From: an uncultured SAR86 cluster bacterium
GTDB taxonomy: Bacteria; Pseudomonadota; Gammaproteobacteria; Magnimaribacterales; AG-339-G14
Length of the DNA stretch: 64,000 nt
Reading direction: 5' to 3'
Assembly: GCA_902594855.1 (NCBI GenBank)
Contig: CACJNS010000001.1
Coordinates: 625,335-689,334 of the forward strand
The translations under genes and the position numbers were made by a program. The notes below the pieces were generated by a model. It had not been told where the DNA came from. It did not search any database and saw only the letters and a program-made list of their open reading frames with translations. Shown here in pieces: positions 8,909-18,248 of the stretch (within the stretch, counting starts at the first letter, position 1; every line of letters begins with the position of its first letter).

Positions 8909-9817
8909 ATGAATGAATTCATCATAGTCTTTAGAGAAACCCTTGAAGCCTCTCTAATCGTGGGGATTATCTATACCATTCTCATCAAAAATGAGCTTTA
9001 TGAATCCATAAAAAAACTTTGGATAGGTGTCGCTGCAGCACTTGTTTTTAGTGTTTTAGTAGGTTATTTGGTCTATGTACTAAAAGAGAGTTTTAGTAAT
9101 GAATCTGCAAGAGCTCTTTTTGAGTCAGTATTCATGTTCATTACAGCTGGATTGATCTGGTACGTCATTTTTTGGCTTTCGAAACACGTAAGTGATAGAA
9201 AACAAATCGAAGCGGAGACAAATACTGCTGTCCAAGCATCAACCTGGGGAATCTTTTTTGTAATTTTCTTCTCGATCTTAAGAGAGGGATTTGAAACAGC
9301 AATTTTTCTCTTAGGTAGTTTCTCTATGACAGGATCTTTTAGCTATCTTGGCTTCATAATAGGCGCTGCATTAGCAATTTTGATTGGTTATCTTGTTGTT
9401 GTTCAGGGCAAAAAAATCAATTTAAGATCTTTTTTTCAGGCTACAACATTACTCCTAGTTTTCTTAGCATCTGGCATGATCGCATACGGCACTCATGAAG
9501 CTGAAAGCTACTTAGTTAAGTCAGATAATTTGCAACTCATAGGCTTAGAAGATAAGTCAGACATTTCTCGTCCCTGGGATATCTTAAGACCTAAGGACAG
9601 TCTTGATGAAACTGATAATTCTTTCTTTTACTCCTATGATTTGAAGGGCAAAAAACAGTACACGCACATCATGCATGACAGCGGCAGAGTTGGCGTCTTT
9701 CTCAAAGGTTTCTTTGGTTATAACAGTAATCCAAATTACATTGAGTTGCTTTTCTGGATTATCTCTTTGATTGGTGGGATAGCTCTGTGGCGATCTTTTT
9801 ATCGCCCAGCAACTTAA
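8909..9817 (+). CDS. FTR1/EfeU-family high-affinity iron permease
   Basis: Two REXXE iron-binding motifs in transmembrane segments (FRETLEA and LREGFETAIFLLG). Polytopic membrane protein of 302 aa. Confidence 0.85.
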   Translation: MNEFIIVFRETLEASLIVGIIYTILIKNELYESIKKLWIGVAAALVFSVLVGYLVYVLKESFSNESARALFESVFMFITAGLIWYVIFWLSKHVSDRKQIEAETNTAVQASTWGIFFVIFFSILREGFETAIFLLGSFSMTGSFSYLGFIIGAALAILIGYLVVVQGKKINLRSFFQATTLLLVFLASGMIAYGTHEAESYLVKSDNLQLIGLEDKSDISRPWDILRPKDSLDETDNSFFYSYDLKGKKQYTHIMHDSGRVGVFLKGFFGYNSNPNYIELLFWIISLIGGIALWRSFYRPAT

Positions 9818-9818
9818 G

Positions 9819-11060
9819 TTACGAATTCAAATTTACTACTTTGCTGTCTCCTTCAACCCTTTCTAAAGACATTTCTGTCCAAATATCATCGATAGCATTT
9901 AAAAAGTTTTGAATATCTGAAGCGTTATGTTTTGGCGTGATAGTGACTCTGAATCTTTCATCGCCTTTTGGAACTGTTGGGAAGAAGACGGGTTGAATAT
10001 AGATACCGTGCTTATCTACCAAGAGATTTGCTGCGTCTTTACACAGGTTAGGGTCTTTAATAAGAATTGGAATTATATGACTATCATTTTCTATAAATGG
10101 AATTTTAAGATTTCTTAATCCAGATCTTATTTGGTCGGAATTAAATTTTATTTCACGCCTTAGGTGATCCGCTTTTTTTGCAAGCTTAATAGCTTTGATA
10201 GAACTAGCCACAATGGACGGATTAACTGAAGAAGTAAATATGAAACCGGGCGCAAAACTTCTAATAAAATCTATGATGTCCACGTTGGCCGCCACATAGC
10301 CGCCTAATTGACCAAAAGATTTCGAGAGAGTTCCGTTAATAATATCTATCTTATCGGAGACTCCAGCTTCTGCAGCGATCCCTCTTCCTTCAGGACCGTA
10401 CAAGCCAACAGAATGAACTTCGTCTAAGTAAGTCAGAGCATTATATTTTTCGGCAAGCCAAATAATTTTTTTAATAGGCGATCTTAAGCCTTCCATGGAA
10501 TAAAGGGATTCAAACACAATCATTTTAGGAGTATTTGCATTTGACGTTTTTAAAAGCTCTTCTAAATGTTCGGTATCGTTGTGTCTAAAAATATGCACTT
10601 TAACGTTTGCATTTTTAATGCCTTGAATCATTGATGCGTGATTGAGCTCATCAGAATATATTTCAATTCCTTCTAATTTTTTGCACAAAGTCCATAAAGT
10701 AGATTGATTAGCTGTGTAAGCTGATGGGAATATCAAGGCAGAATCTTTTTTGTGCAATTCAGCTAGCGTTCTTTCAAGGTCCGCATGATAAGAGGAAGTA
10801 CCAGAAATGTTTCTAGTACCGCCGGAGCCGGTACCCAATTCTTGAGTAACTTTTATGGTTTCATTAACAATAGCTGGATGTTGGCTCAAGTTAAGGTAAT
10901 CATTGCTGCACCAAACTTCTACCTGTCTTCTAGAATCTCCATCGCGTTCGGTTGCTTTTGGAAAAGTTGATCGTGTTCTATTTATTTCGCGGAATTTTCT
11001 ATATAAACCTTGCGACTTGAGTGATTTAAGCTCGTCGCTAAAAAATTTTTCGTAATTCAT
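9819..11060 (-). CDS. hemA: 5-aminolevulinate synthase (ALAS, Shemin/C4 pathway; alpha-oxoamine synthase family)
   Basis: Near-colinear with Rhodobacter-type ALAS as I recall it: [53 protein letters not shown]-lysine context [29 protein letters not shown]. 413 aa. Confidence 0.92.
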   Translation of the reverse strand: MNYEKFFSDELKSLKSQGLYRKFREINRTRSTFPKATERDGDSRRQVEVWCSNDYLNLSQHPAIVNETIKVTQELGTGSGGTRNISGTSSYHADLERTLAELHKKDSALIFPSAYTANQSTLWTLCKKLEGIEIYSDELNHASMIQGIKNANVKVHIFRHNDTEHLEELLKTSNANTPKMIVFESLYSMEGLRSPIKKIIWLAEKYNALTYLDEVHSVGLYGPEGRGIAAEAGVSDKIDIINGTLSKSFGQLGGYVAANVDIIDFIRSFAPGFIFTSSVNPSIVASSIKAIKLAKKADHLRREIKFNSDQIRSGLRNLKIPFIENDSHIIPILIKDPNLCKDAANLLVDKHGIYIQPVFFPTVPKGDERFRVTITPKHNASDIQNFLNAIDDIWTEMSLERVEGDSKVVNLNS

Positions 11061-11180
11061 TTACTACCTACCATATAATTCAGCTTGCTTTATAAGATGA
11101 ATTGGTGAGAACTATAACACATCAGAACTTCTTCCTACATTCGGGTATCATTGTGTTTTTGTTAAGAACAAACGGTTATA

Positions 11181-12677
11181 TTGAAGACTATTAGAATACT
11201 TTCAAGAAATAGCAGTCTGGCTAAAATACAAGCTCATTTGGTTGCAGATGAAATCAAAAAAAAATTTCCTGACATGAATGTCACTCATTCATATAGAGAT
11301 ACCAAGGGTGACATAGATTTAACAACCCCTTTAAGCAAAATGCCCGAACAAGGAGTCTTTACATCAGATTTGAGAGATGCTCTTTTAAATGATGAGGCTG
11401 ACATGGTCGTTCACTCATGGAAAGACTTGCCTATTGAAATGCCTAAAGGCACTGATATTGTCTCAACGCTACCTAGATCTGATAGTAGAGATATTCTTTT
11501 TTTTAAAAAGGACTCAATTAAAAAAAAATCTTTAAAGATCTATTCATCTTCTCCACGAAGAGAGAGAAACCTTTCAATATCATTGCCTGATTTATTATCG
11601 TGGAAAACTTCTAAGATTGAATTTCATCCAATCAGAGGAAATATTCAAACTAGACTTTCTAAATTTTTGAACGATTCATTGGACGGAGTAGTTATTGCCA
11701 AAGCAGCTATTGATAGGCTTGCTAGGGATGAGGATTTTGTTGAGCTTTATAAAAAGAATTCTGATTTGTTTTCTTGGATGATATTGCCAAATTCAATCAA
11801 TCCGTGTGCTCCAGGTCAGGGTGCGCTTGCTATTGAGGTTGCAGAAAACAATGATTTTGCAAATTCTATTGCAGCCTCTATCAATGATCAAAGTACTTTT
11901 GATGCTGTATCCAGAGAGAGAGAAATTCTTTCTCAACATGGAGGAGGCTGTCATCAAAAAATAGGCGTATCAATAAGAAAGATTAATGTAGGCGAGATAA
12001 CCAACATCATCGGTCTAACAGAAGAGGGCGTTGAATTAAAAGAAAGCACTTTTAATCGGATACCAAAGCTTAAAGTTGAACAAAAGGTAAATAAAAATGC
12101 AATTTTTCCAGAAGAAAAAGCAGAAAGTGTTTTTTTTAAGCGCAAATTTATTAAAACCACTATAAAAAAAATAGAAGCAATGGAGAACAAAGGAATTTTT
12201 ATTTCCAGACAAGATGCTTTATTGGATGGAATTAGAATTAACGCATCAAATATTTTGTGGACAGGCGGAGTTGAAACTTGGAAAAAACTTGCTGCGAAAG
12301 GCTACTGGATAAATGGCACATCAGACAGTTTAGGAAAAGATAATGAGCCGCCTTGTACTTTATTTGATGATTTAGATTGGTTGAATTTTACGCATGATAG
12401 GAACCAAGAAAAAAGTTCAATGGAAAAATTCATCTCATACGAACTGACACCAAAAGAAGATGAGATAAAAATTAAAGATAAACAATATTTTTATTGGATG
12501 AGCGGAAGTGCTTTTGAATATGCGCTTGAATTATATCCTAATATTATCGGAGCTAATCATGCATGCGGTTTAGGGGCAAGCTATGACATAATTGATCGCC
12601 AAATTTCGGGTAAAGTTGTACCTTTTCTAAATTACGAAGATTGGAAACATCAAATAATTGCTGATACAGATGAATAG
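11181..12677 (+). CDS. hemC: porphobilinogen deaminase (HemC) fused to a C-terminal uroporphyrinogen-III synthase-like (HemD) domain
   Basis: TTG start. HemC motifs IRILSRNSSLAKIQA, VHSWKDLP, GQGALAIEV and cofactor cysteine HGGGCHQKIGV within the first ~290 aa. About 200 extra residues have HemD-like alpha/beta repeats (ILWTGGVETWKKLAAKG, YFYWMSGSAFEYAL, HACGLGASY). The HemD assignment is weaker. Confidence 0.82.
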   Translation: MKTIRILSRNSSLAKIQAHLVADEIKKKFPDMNVTHSYRDTKGDIDLTTPLSKMPEQGVFTSDLRDALLNDEADMVVHSWKDLPIEMPKGTDIVSTLPRSDSRDILFFKKDSIKKKSLKIYSSSPRRERNLSISLPDLLSWKTSKIEFHPIRGNIQTRLSKFLNDSLDGVVIAKAAIDRLARDEDFVELYKKNSDLFSWMILPNSINPCAPGQGALAIEVAENNDFANSIAASINDQSTFDAVSREREILSQHGGGCHQKIGVSIRKINVGEITNIIGLTEEGVELKESTFNRIPKLKVEQKVNKNAIFPEEKAESVFFKRKFIKTTIKKIEAMENKGIFISRQDALLDGIRINASNILWTGGVETWKKLAAKGYWINGTSDSLGKDNEPPCTLFDDLDWLNFTHDRNQEKSSMEKFISYELTPKEDEIKIKDKQYFYWMSGSAFEYALELYPNIIGANHACGLGASYDIIDRQISGKVVPFLNYEDWKHQIIADTDE

Positions 12678-13659
12678 AAAATTTCCAGATACTAGATTGC
12701 GAAGGTTGCGCAGTAATCCGTCACTGCTAAAAATAACTGCAGAAACTAGCCTAACAGTCGACGATTTAATACAACCTATCTTTGTCAAGGAAGGGATCAA
12801 AAAAGCTGAAGCAATTGAATCCATGCCAAACGTAAATAGATATTCAAAGGAAGGTGTGATTGATTACTGCAAAAGCTTAATGGATCTGGGAATAAAAGCT
12901 GTCGCTCTTTTCCCTGTGATAGATTCTAAAAAAAAGGATCTAGAGGGCATCGAAGCATTTAATCGAAAAAACTTAATATGTGGGATTGTCGAGTCGATTA
13001 AAAAAAAGATTCCAGAATTAGTTCTTATTGTAGACGTCGCCCTTGATCCCTATACCGTCCATGGCCACGATGGGATATTGGACAAAAAAGATTACGTAGA
13101 TAATGACAAAACAGTTGAAGTATTAAAAAAGCAAGCCTTAGTTCTAGCAGATGCGGGAGCAGATGTAATAGCGCCTTCAGATATGATGGATGGGAGAATT
13201 GGTGCTATTAGAAAAGAGCTTGAGCTAAATAATTTTTTTAACACAGTAATACTTTCTTACGCTGCAAAATACAGCTCAAAATTTTATGGTCCTTTCAGAG
13301 AAGCTGTTCAATCATCGTCTAATTTAGGCAAAGGAAATAAAGATTCTTATCAAATGTCGCCTCATAATATTAATGAAGCTCTACACGAAGTTGAGATGGA
13401 TCTTAATGAAGGAGCAGATGCCGTAATGGTAAAACCTGGCATGCCTTACTTAGATGTAATACGTGCGGTAAAAGAAAAATTCAAAGTACCAACATTTGCT
13501 TATCAAGTATCAGGTGAATACTCAATGTTGAAAGGTGCAATTGAAAAAGGGTGGTTGCAGGAAGAAGTTTTGATGGAAGTTTTACATTCTTTCAAAAGAG
13601 CAGGTTCTGACTGCATACTGACTTATGCTGCAGAAGAAATTGCACAGAAATTGAGCTGA
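12670..13659 (+). CDS. hemB: porphobilinogen synthase (5-aminolevulinate dehydratase)
   Basis: ATG at 12670 (MNRKFPDTRLRRLR) overlaps the hemC stop by 8 nt. Active-site lysines in the MVKPGMPYLD context. Asp-rich metal site DVALDPYTVHGHDG. Confidence 0.95.
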   Translation: MNRKFPDTRLRRLRSNPSLLKITAETSLTVDDLIQPIFVKEGIKKAEAIESMPNVNRYSKEGVIDYCKSLMDLGIKAVALFPVIDSKKKDLEGIEAFNRKNLICGIVESIKKKIPELVLIVDVALDPYTVHGHDGILDKKDYVDNDKTVEVLKKQALVLADAGADVIAPSDMMDGRIGAIRKELELNNFFNTVILSYAAKYSSKFYGPFREAVQSSSNLGKGNKDSYQMSPHNINEALHEVEMDLNEGADAVMVKPGMPYLDVIRAVKEKFKVPTFAYQVSGEYSMLKGAIEKGWLQEEVLMEVLHSFKRAGSDCILTYAAEEIAQKLS

Positions 13660-13662
13660 ATC

Positions 13663-14685
13663 ATGCCCAATTATAAGTTTGAAAATGCTTTAGCGAGGAA
13701 ACCTCAATCTTGTCCTCCAATATGGTTCATGCGACAGGCAGGGAGATACCATAAACATTATCAGTCTCTGCGCAAAAAACATTCTTTTGAAGAGCTATGT
13801 AAAAAGCCTGAGTTAGCTGCAGAAACTGCTTTAGGACCAATTGAGGATTTTGACTTTGATGTTGCAATTCTTTTTAGCGACATTTTGTGGCCATTACAAG
13901 CAATGGGGATGAATTTAGTATTTGATCCAGGGCCAAAATTTGAGGATATTCTCACTGAGCAAAATTTTAAAAAGCTACTACATAAAAAAGATCTCAGATT
14001 TATGGAGTTTCAATCGGAAGCCCTAAACTTAACTAAGGAAAAACTAGGTCACGATAAATCGCTAATTGGTTTTGTGGGAGGCCCTTGGACAGTCCTCTCC
14101 TTTGGCATGGGGACTAATAAATTAGGGAGCAATTCTATAAGCCTTACAAGAGAAAAAAAATTCATGCTGGAGGAGTTTATTATTCCTTTTCTACAAAAAA
14201 ATATTTCAATGCAAATTGAAGCAGGGGCTGAAACTGTGATGATTTTTGATTCTTCAGCGCATCAGTTAGTTGATGATGATTTTTCATCATATTTAGAAAA
14301 GGTAGTAGAAAATATGATTAAACCTTTCGAACAAAAAGTTGGCTACTATGCGAAAGAAGAAGTTGATTACAATTGCATTATTTCCCATGCTAATAATAAC
14401 CAAAACTCTTTTGCGGGAATTGGCATAGATTCACAAACTTCATTGCATGAAACATTAAAAAAGGTTGATCATGGATTTGTGCAAGGAAACTTTGATGAAT
14501 TAAAAATTCTTGCTGATTCTAATCAGTTTCATCAAGCGTTAGATCATTTCATTGAAGACATGCTTGCATTAAGCCAAGACGATAGGGTCGGTTGGGTTTG
14601 TGGTTTAGGACATGGAATTAATAAAGACACACCTGAAAAAAATGTAAAACATTTTGTCAGTCAAATAAGGCAGGCTTTTAAATGA
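13663..14685 (+). CDS. hemE: uroporphyrinogen decarboxylase
   Basis: PIWFMRQAGRY signature. 340 aa. Starts 3 nt after hemB. Confidence 0.95.
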   Translation: MPNYKFENALARKPQSCPPIWFMRQAGRYHKHYQSLRKKHSFEELCKKPELAAETALGPIEDFDFDVAILFSDILWPLQAMGMNLVFDPGPKFEDILTEQNFKKLLHKKDLRFMEFQSEALNLTKEKLGHDKSLIGFVGGPWTVLSFGMGTNKLGSNSISLTREKKFMLEEFIIPFLQKNISMQIEAGAETVMIFDSSAHQLVDDDFSSYLEKVVENMIKPFEQKVGYYAKEEVDYNCIISHANNNQNSFAGIGIDSQTSLHETLKKVDHGFVQGNFDELKILADSNQFHQALDHFIEDMLALSQDDRVGWVCGLGHGINKDTPEKNVKHFVSQIRQAFK

Positions 14686-15674
14686 AATTCAAAGGCGAAC
14701 AAAATTTTCAGCATGAAAATGAGCAAAAAAAAGGAGTGCTTATTGCTTACTTAGGAACTCCTGACTCTCCAGATATATTAAGCGTAAGAAGGTACCTTAA
14801 AGAGTTTCTATCTGATCCTAGAATAATTGAAGTGCCAAAAATAGTTTGGTGGTTTGTTTTAAACATTTTTATTTTAAATTTTAGATCGTTCAACTCAGCT
14901 AGGTTATACAAGTCAATCTGGACTGAGGGAGGATCGCCTTTATTAGTCAATTGCATCAAGATAAAAGAAAAAGTTCAAAAATCTCTATCATCAGATTATC
15001 AAGTAGCGCTTGGGATGAGGTATGGAAACCCGAGCATTAAAAGCGCTCTCAATGAATTAAAAGAAGCAAACTGCAGAGATATTGAGGTAATCACTCTTTT
15101 CCCTCATTACTCAGCTACAACTGTTGGGAGTATTTTTGATGCAGTATCGACAGAAATTAAATCATGGAGATGGGTGCCAAGCATAAAATTTCTAAATAGC
15201 TATCACGATAATCCATTGTTGATTGAAATCTTGTCTGAAAGAATCAAAAAAAGTTTTGAATCTCAAGGCAAACCAGACAAATTAGTTTTTTCCTATCACT
15301 CTATACCGAAGAAATATTTTGATTCAGGAGATCCCTATCATTGCCTATGCCAAAAAACATCTAGATTGATTGCAGAAAAACTTTCTTTAGATGAGAAAGA
15401 TTACATCACAGCTTTTCAGTCTAGATTTGGTCCATCTGAATGGTTGAAACCTTATACGAGCGAAACAATGAAATCTCTTCCTAAAGAGGGCATAAAATCA
15501 GTTCAGGTAGTATCTCCAGGTTTTGGTGTCGACAACTTAGAAACCTTGCAGGAAATTGATATAGAGAATAAAGAATATTTTGAGGATGCTGGTGGAGAAA
15601 ATTTTCATTACATACCTTGCCTAAATGACGATGATGATCACGTTGAATTCCTTATCAGTTTAATTGGTAAATAA
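14682..15674 (+). CDS. hemH: ferrochelatase
   Basis: GVLIAYLGTPDSP, LFPHYSATTVGS, SYHSIP motifs. ATGA overlap with hemE. Confidence 0.93.
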   Translation: MKFKGEQNFQHENEQKKGVLIAYLGTPDSPDILSVRRYLKEFLSDPRIIEVPKIVWWFVLNIFILNFRSFNSARLYKSIWTEGGSPLLVNCIKIKEKVQKSLSSDYQVALGMRYGNPSIKSALNELKEANCRDIEVITLFPHYSATTVGSIFDAVSTEIKSWRWVPSIKFLNSYHDNPLLIEILSERIKKSFESQGKPDKLVFSYHSIPKKYFDSGDPYHCLCQKTSRLIAEKLSLDEKDYITAFQSRFGPSEWLKPYTSETMKSLPKEGIKSVQVVSPGFGVDNLETLQEIDIENKEYFEDAGGENFHYIPCLNDDDDHVEFLISLIGK

Positions 15675-15676
15675 AA

Positions 15677-16495
15677 TTGGAAATCAAAGACAAAAAAGAA
15701 TTGGCTTCAAATTGGTTTCGAGACTTAAGAGATACCTTTTGCTCTTCCTTTGAATTAATTGAGGGTAATAAATATAGCTTTGAGAGAAAATCATGGCCTC
15801 ATAAACACTCCGGCGGTGGCGAAATGAGTATCATGAAAGGCGAGGTGTTTGAAAAAGTTGGAGTAAACATTTCTACTGTCTCAGGTAAGTTTCAAGAAGA
15901 TTTTAGAGGACAAATAAAGGGCACAGAACAATCTCCAGAATATTTTGCAACTGGAATAAGCCTGGTTGCTCACATGAATTCACCAAAAATTCCTGCATTT
16001 CATTTCAATACAAGATTTCTTGTTACAGGGGAATCTTGGTTTGGAGGTGGGGCAGACCTAACTCCAACCTTGTCCGATAAAGAGGCAGTTGATCTATTCC
16101 ATAATCATATGAAAGATGCTTGTAGCGACTATAAAAAGGATGCCTATGAGGAATATAAAAAAAACTGTGATGAATATTTTTACTTGGGCCATAGAGCAGA
16201 ACCTAGAGGAGCTGGAGGGATTTTCTTTGATCACATTAATTCAAATGACTGGGAAAGAGACTTTGATTTTATAAAACAAGTCGGCAAATTTACTCATCAA
16301 GTCATTACACAAATTGTCGAAAGTAAAAAAGACCTTTCTTGGACTGAAGAAGAGAAAAATTTACAACTTATTAAAAGAGGAAGATACGTTGAATTTAATT
16401 TGATCTGGGACAGGGGAACTTTATTTGGATTAAAAACTGGTGGCTCGACTGAAGCAATTCTGATGTCTATGCCTCCAACAGCAAAGTGGGATTGA
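15677..16495 (+). CDS. hemF: oxygen-dependent coproporphyrinogen-III oxidase
   Basis: CDEYFYLGHRAEPRGAGGIFFD and RGRYVEFNLIWDRGTLFGLKTGGSTEAILMSMPP match E. coli HemF closely. TTG start 2 nt after hemH. Confidence 0.94.
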   Translation: MEIKDKKELASNWFRDLRDTFCSSFELIEGNKYSFERKSWPHKHSGGGEMSIMKGEVFEKVGVNISTVSGKFQEDFRGQIKGTEQSPEYFATGISLVAHMNSPKIPAFHFNTRFLVTGESWFGGGADLTPTLSDKEAVDLFHNHMKDACSDYKKDAYEEYKKNCDEYFYLGHRAEPRGAGGIFFDHINSNDWERDFDFIKQVGKFTHQVITQIVESKKDLSWTEEEKNLQLIKRGRYVEFNLIWDRGTLFGLKTGGSTEAILMSMPPTAKWD

Positions 16496-16911
16496 TGTTT
16501 TATCTCACTTTGAAAGTTATTCATATCTTTTCAGTAATTTCATGGATGGTGGTGCTACTTTATCTACCAAGATTGTTTGTCTATCACCAAAAACATATTG
16601 ATAAAGAAGAAGTCGGAACAGTTTTTAAAGTCATGGAAACAAATTTGATAAGAATAGGTCACGTTGCCTTTATCGCAACCTGGCTATCAGGGGGTTTCCT
16701 GATTTCTTATTCAGGAATGGGAGAGTGGCTCATAATTAAAATAATCTTGGTGTTACTTATGACCTTTTTGTATGGATTTTTTATTCTTTCAGCTCAAAAT
16801 TTCAAAATGAATCTAAACAAGAGAAGTGAGTTTTTCTTTAGGATAATTAATGAAGCGCCGGCAGTACTCCTGATAGGAATTCTTATTTTGGTGATTTTTA
16901 AGCCCTTTTAA
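16495..16911 (+). CDS. hemJ: protoporphyrinogen IX oxidase HemJ
   Basis: MFYLTLKVIHIFSVISWMVVLLYLPRLFVYH is the typical HemJ N-terminus with its conserved His. Small protein with 4 transmembrane segments. ATG overlaps the hemF TGA (TGATG). A GTG at 16486 is an alternative start. Confidence 0.8.
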   Translation: MFYLTLKVIHIFSVISWMVVLLYLPRLFVYHQKHIDKEEVGTVFKVMETNLIRIGHVAFIATWLSGGFLISYSGMGEWLIIKIILVLLMTFLYGFFILSAQNFKMNLNKRSEFFFRIINEAPAVLLIGILILVIFKPF

Positions 16912-16956
16912 TTATTTTCCTAATCTTTCATTTTTTTCTTCGTTTATAATACACAA

Positions 16957-17436
16957 ATGCAGAGAGCAGTTTATCCAGGTACTTTTGATCCTATGACTAT
17001 GGGTCACGTTGACTTAGTTAAAAGGGCAAGCAAGTTATTTGATTCAGTAATAATCGCAATTGCTTCCAGCGATTCGAAGAAACCTATGTTTTCTCTTGAA
17101 GAAAGGATCGAGATAGGAAATAAAATATTTGCTGACGATCCTAAGATTGAAGTGGTTGGTTTTTCTGGATTATTAGTCAACTTTGCTAAAGAAAACGATG
17201 CGAATATTTTGATCAGAGGGCTGAGGGTAGTGGCAGACTTTGAATACGAATTTCAATTAGCCAACATGAATAGGGCAATGAGTCCTGATATTGAGAGCGT
17301 ATTCCTTACTCCCAAAGAAGAATACTCTTATATTTCATCAAGTTTAGTAAAAGAAATTGCTACGATGGGCGGAGATGTAACAAGGTTTGTCGACCCAGTG
17401 ACTTTAGAAGCTCTAAATCAGAAGATCAAAAATTAG
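16957..17436 (+). CDS. coaD: phosphopantetheine adenylyltransferase
   Basis: [18 protein letters not shown] motif. 159 aa. Confidence 0.95.
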   Translation: MQRAVYPGTFDPMTMGHVDLVKRASKLFDSVIIAIASSDSKKPMFSLEERIEIGNKIFADDPKIEVVGFSGLLVNFAKENDANILIRGLRVVADFEYEFQLANMNRAMSPDIESVFLTPKEEYSYISSSLVKEIATMGGDVTRFVDPVTLEALNQKIKN

Positions 17437-18245
17437 CGCTGACAATTTGAGCAGAAGACTGTACTTCTGTTGCTCATTCTAATTTCTTTTAGAGTTTTTC
17501 CGCACCTTAGACATTCTTCGTTTCCTCTTCCGTATACCTTTAATTCAATCTTAAAGTATCCCGGAGCACTGTCAGGATTCAAATAATCTCTCAAAGTTGT
17601 ACCTCCAGCCTTAATAGCTTTCTTTAAAACTTTCTTTACCGAGGCAACCAAAGCTTTGGCTTCTTTTTTTGTAATTCTGTTGGCTTTTTTTGACGGTCTA
17701 ATGAGTGAATCAAATAAGGCTTCGCATGCATAAATATTTCCGATACCAACAACAATCCTTGAATTCATTATCAAAGCCTTAATTGGAACTTTTCTTCCTC
17801 TAGATATTTCATAGAGGAAGGTTTCATTGAAAGCATCAGATAATGGTTCTGGTCCAAGTGATTTGATAAGAAAATGATTTTTAAAATCTTTAGTGTAGTG
17901 AATTGAGCCAAATCGTCTTGGATCTGTGTATCTGAGTATCATTCCATTTTCAAAACATAAATCCCAATGGTCGTGTTTTTCTGGGGTTAAATTGTTGGAC
18001 AAGTATCTTAGACTCCCTGACATGCCTAGGTGAATTAAAAGATACTCTGATCCTAAATCAACAATCAAATATTTTGCTCTTCTTGAAAGAGAAGAAACGC
18101 TTTTGGAAATTAGTTTCTTTGATAAGTTCGATGGAACCGGCCAACGAAGATTTTTATTTCTTAATTCAAAAGACTTTATCCGACTTTTTTCTAGTTTAGG
18201 TTTGAGAGCTCTGACCGTAGTTTCAACTTCTGGTAATTCAGGCAT
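17433..18245 (-). CDS. mutM: formamidopyrimidine-DNA glycosylase
   Basis: [10 protein letters not shown]-terminus and C-terminal zinc finger CLRCGKTL...FCSNCQ. Confidence 0.95.
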   Translation of the reverse strand: MPELPEVETTVRALKPKLEKSRIKSFELRNKNLRWPVPSNLSKKLISKSVSSLSRRAKYLIVDLGSEYLLIHLGMSGSLRYLSNNLTPEKHDHWDLCFENGMILRYTDPRRFGSIHYTKDFKNHFLIKSLGPEPLSDAFNETFLYEISRGRKVPIKALIMNSRIVVGIGNIYACEALFDSLIRPSKKANRITKKEAKALVASVKKVLKKAIKAGGTTLRDYLNPDSAPGYFKIELKVYGRGNEECLRCGKTLKEIRMSNRSTVFCSNCQR

Positions 18246-18248
18246 GAA

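Noticed and set aside
8898-8926. An AT-rich near-palindrome (AAATTATCATAATGAATGAATTCATCAT, with the perfect 10-mer ATGAATTCAT) overlapping the FTR1 start codon, considered as a third Fur box.
   Set aside because: The best 19-mer alignment matches only 11 of 19 positions by my count. AT-rich palindromes are expected by chance in this genome. It is worth including in a PWM scan but not worth calling.
9785-9809. A GC-rich hairpin at the 3' end of the FTR1 gene, considered as a shared terminator for FTR1 and hemA.
   Set aside because: It lies inside the coding sequence (LWRSFYRP) and has no U-tract on either strand.
11105-11130. Recurrence of GAGAACT/CAGAACT in the hemA-hemC divergent spacer, echoing the AGAACT elements at 8649-8757 and suggesting a shared operator (Irr/ICE-like).
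   Set aside because: These are hexamer-level matches only, with no dyad symmetry and no extended consensus. My rough base-composition estimate is about one chance occurrence per few kb per strand, which is too weak to call a site.
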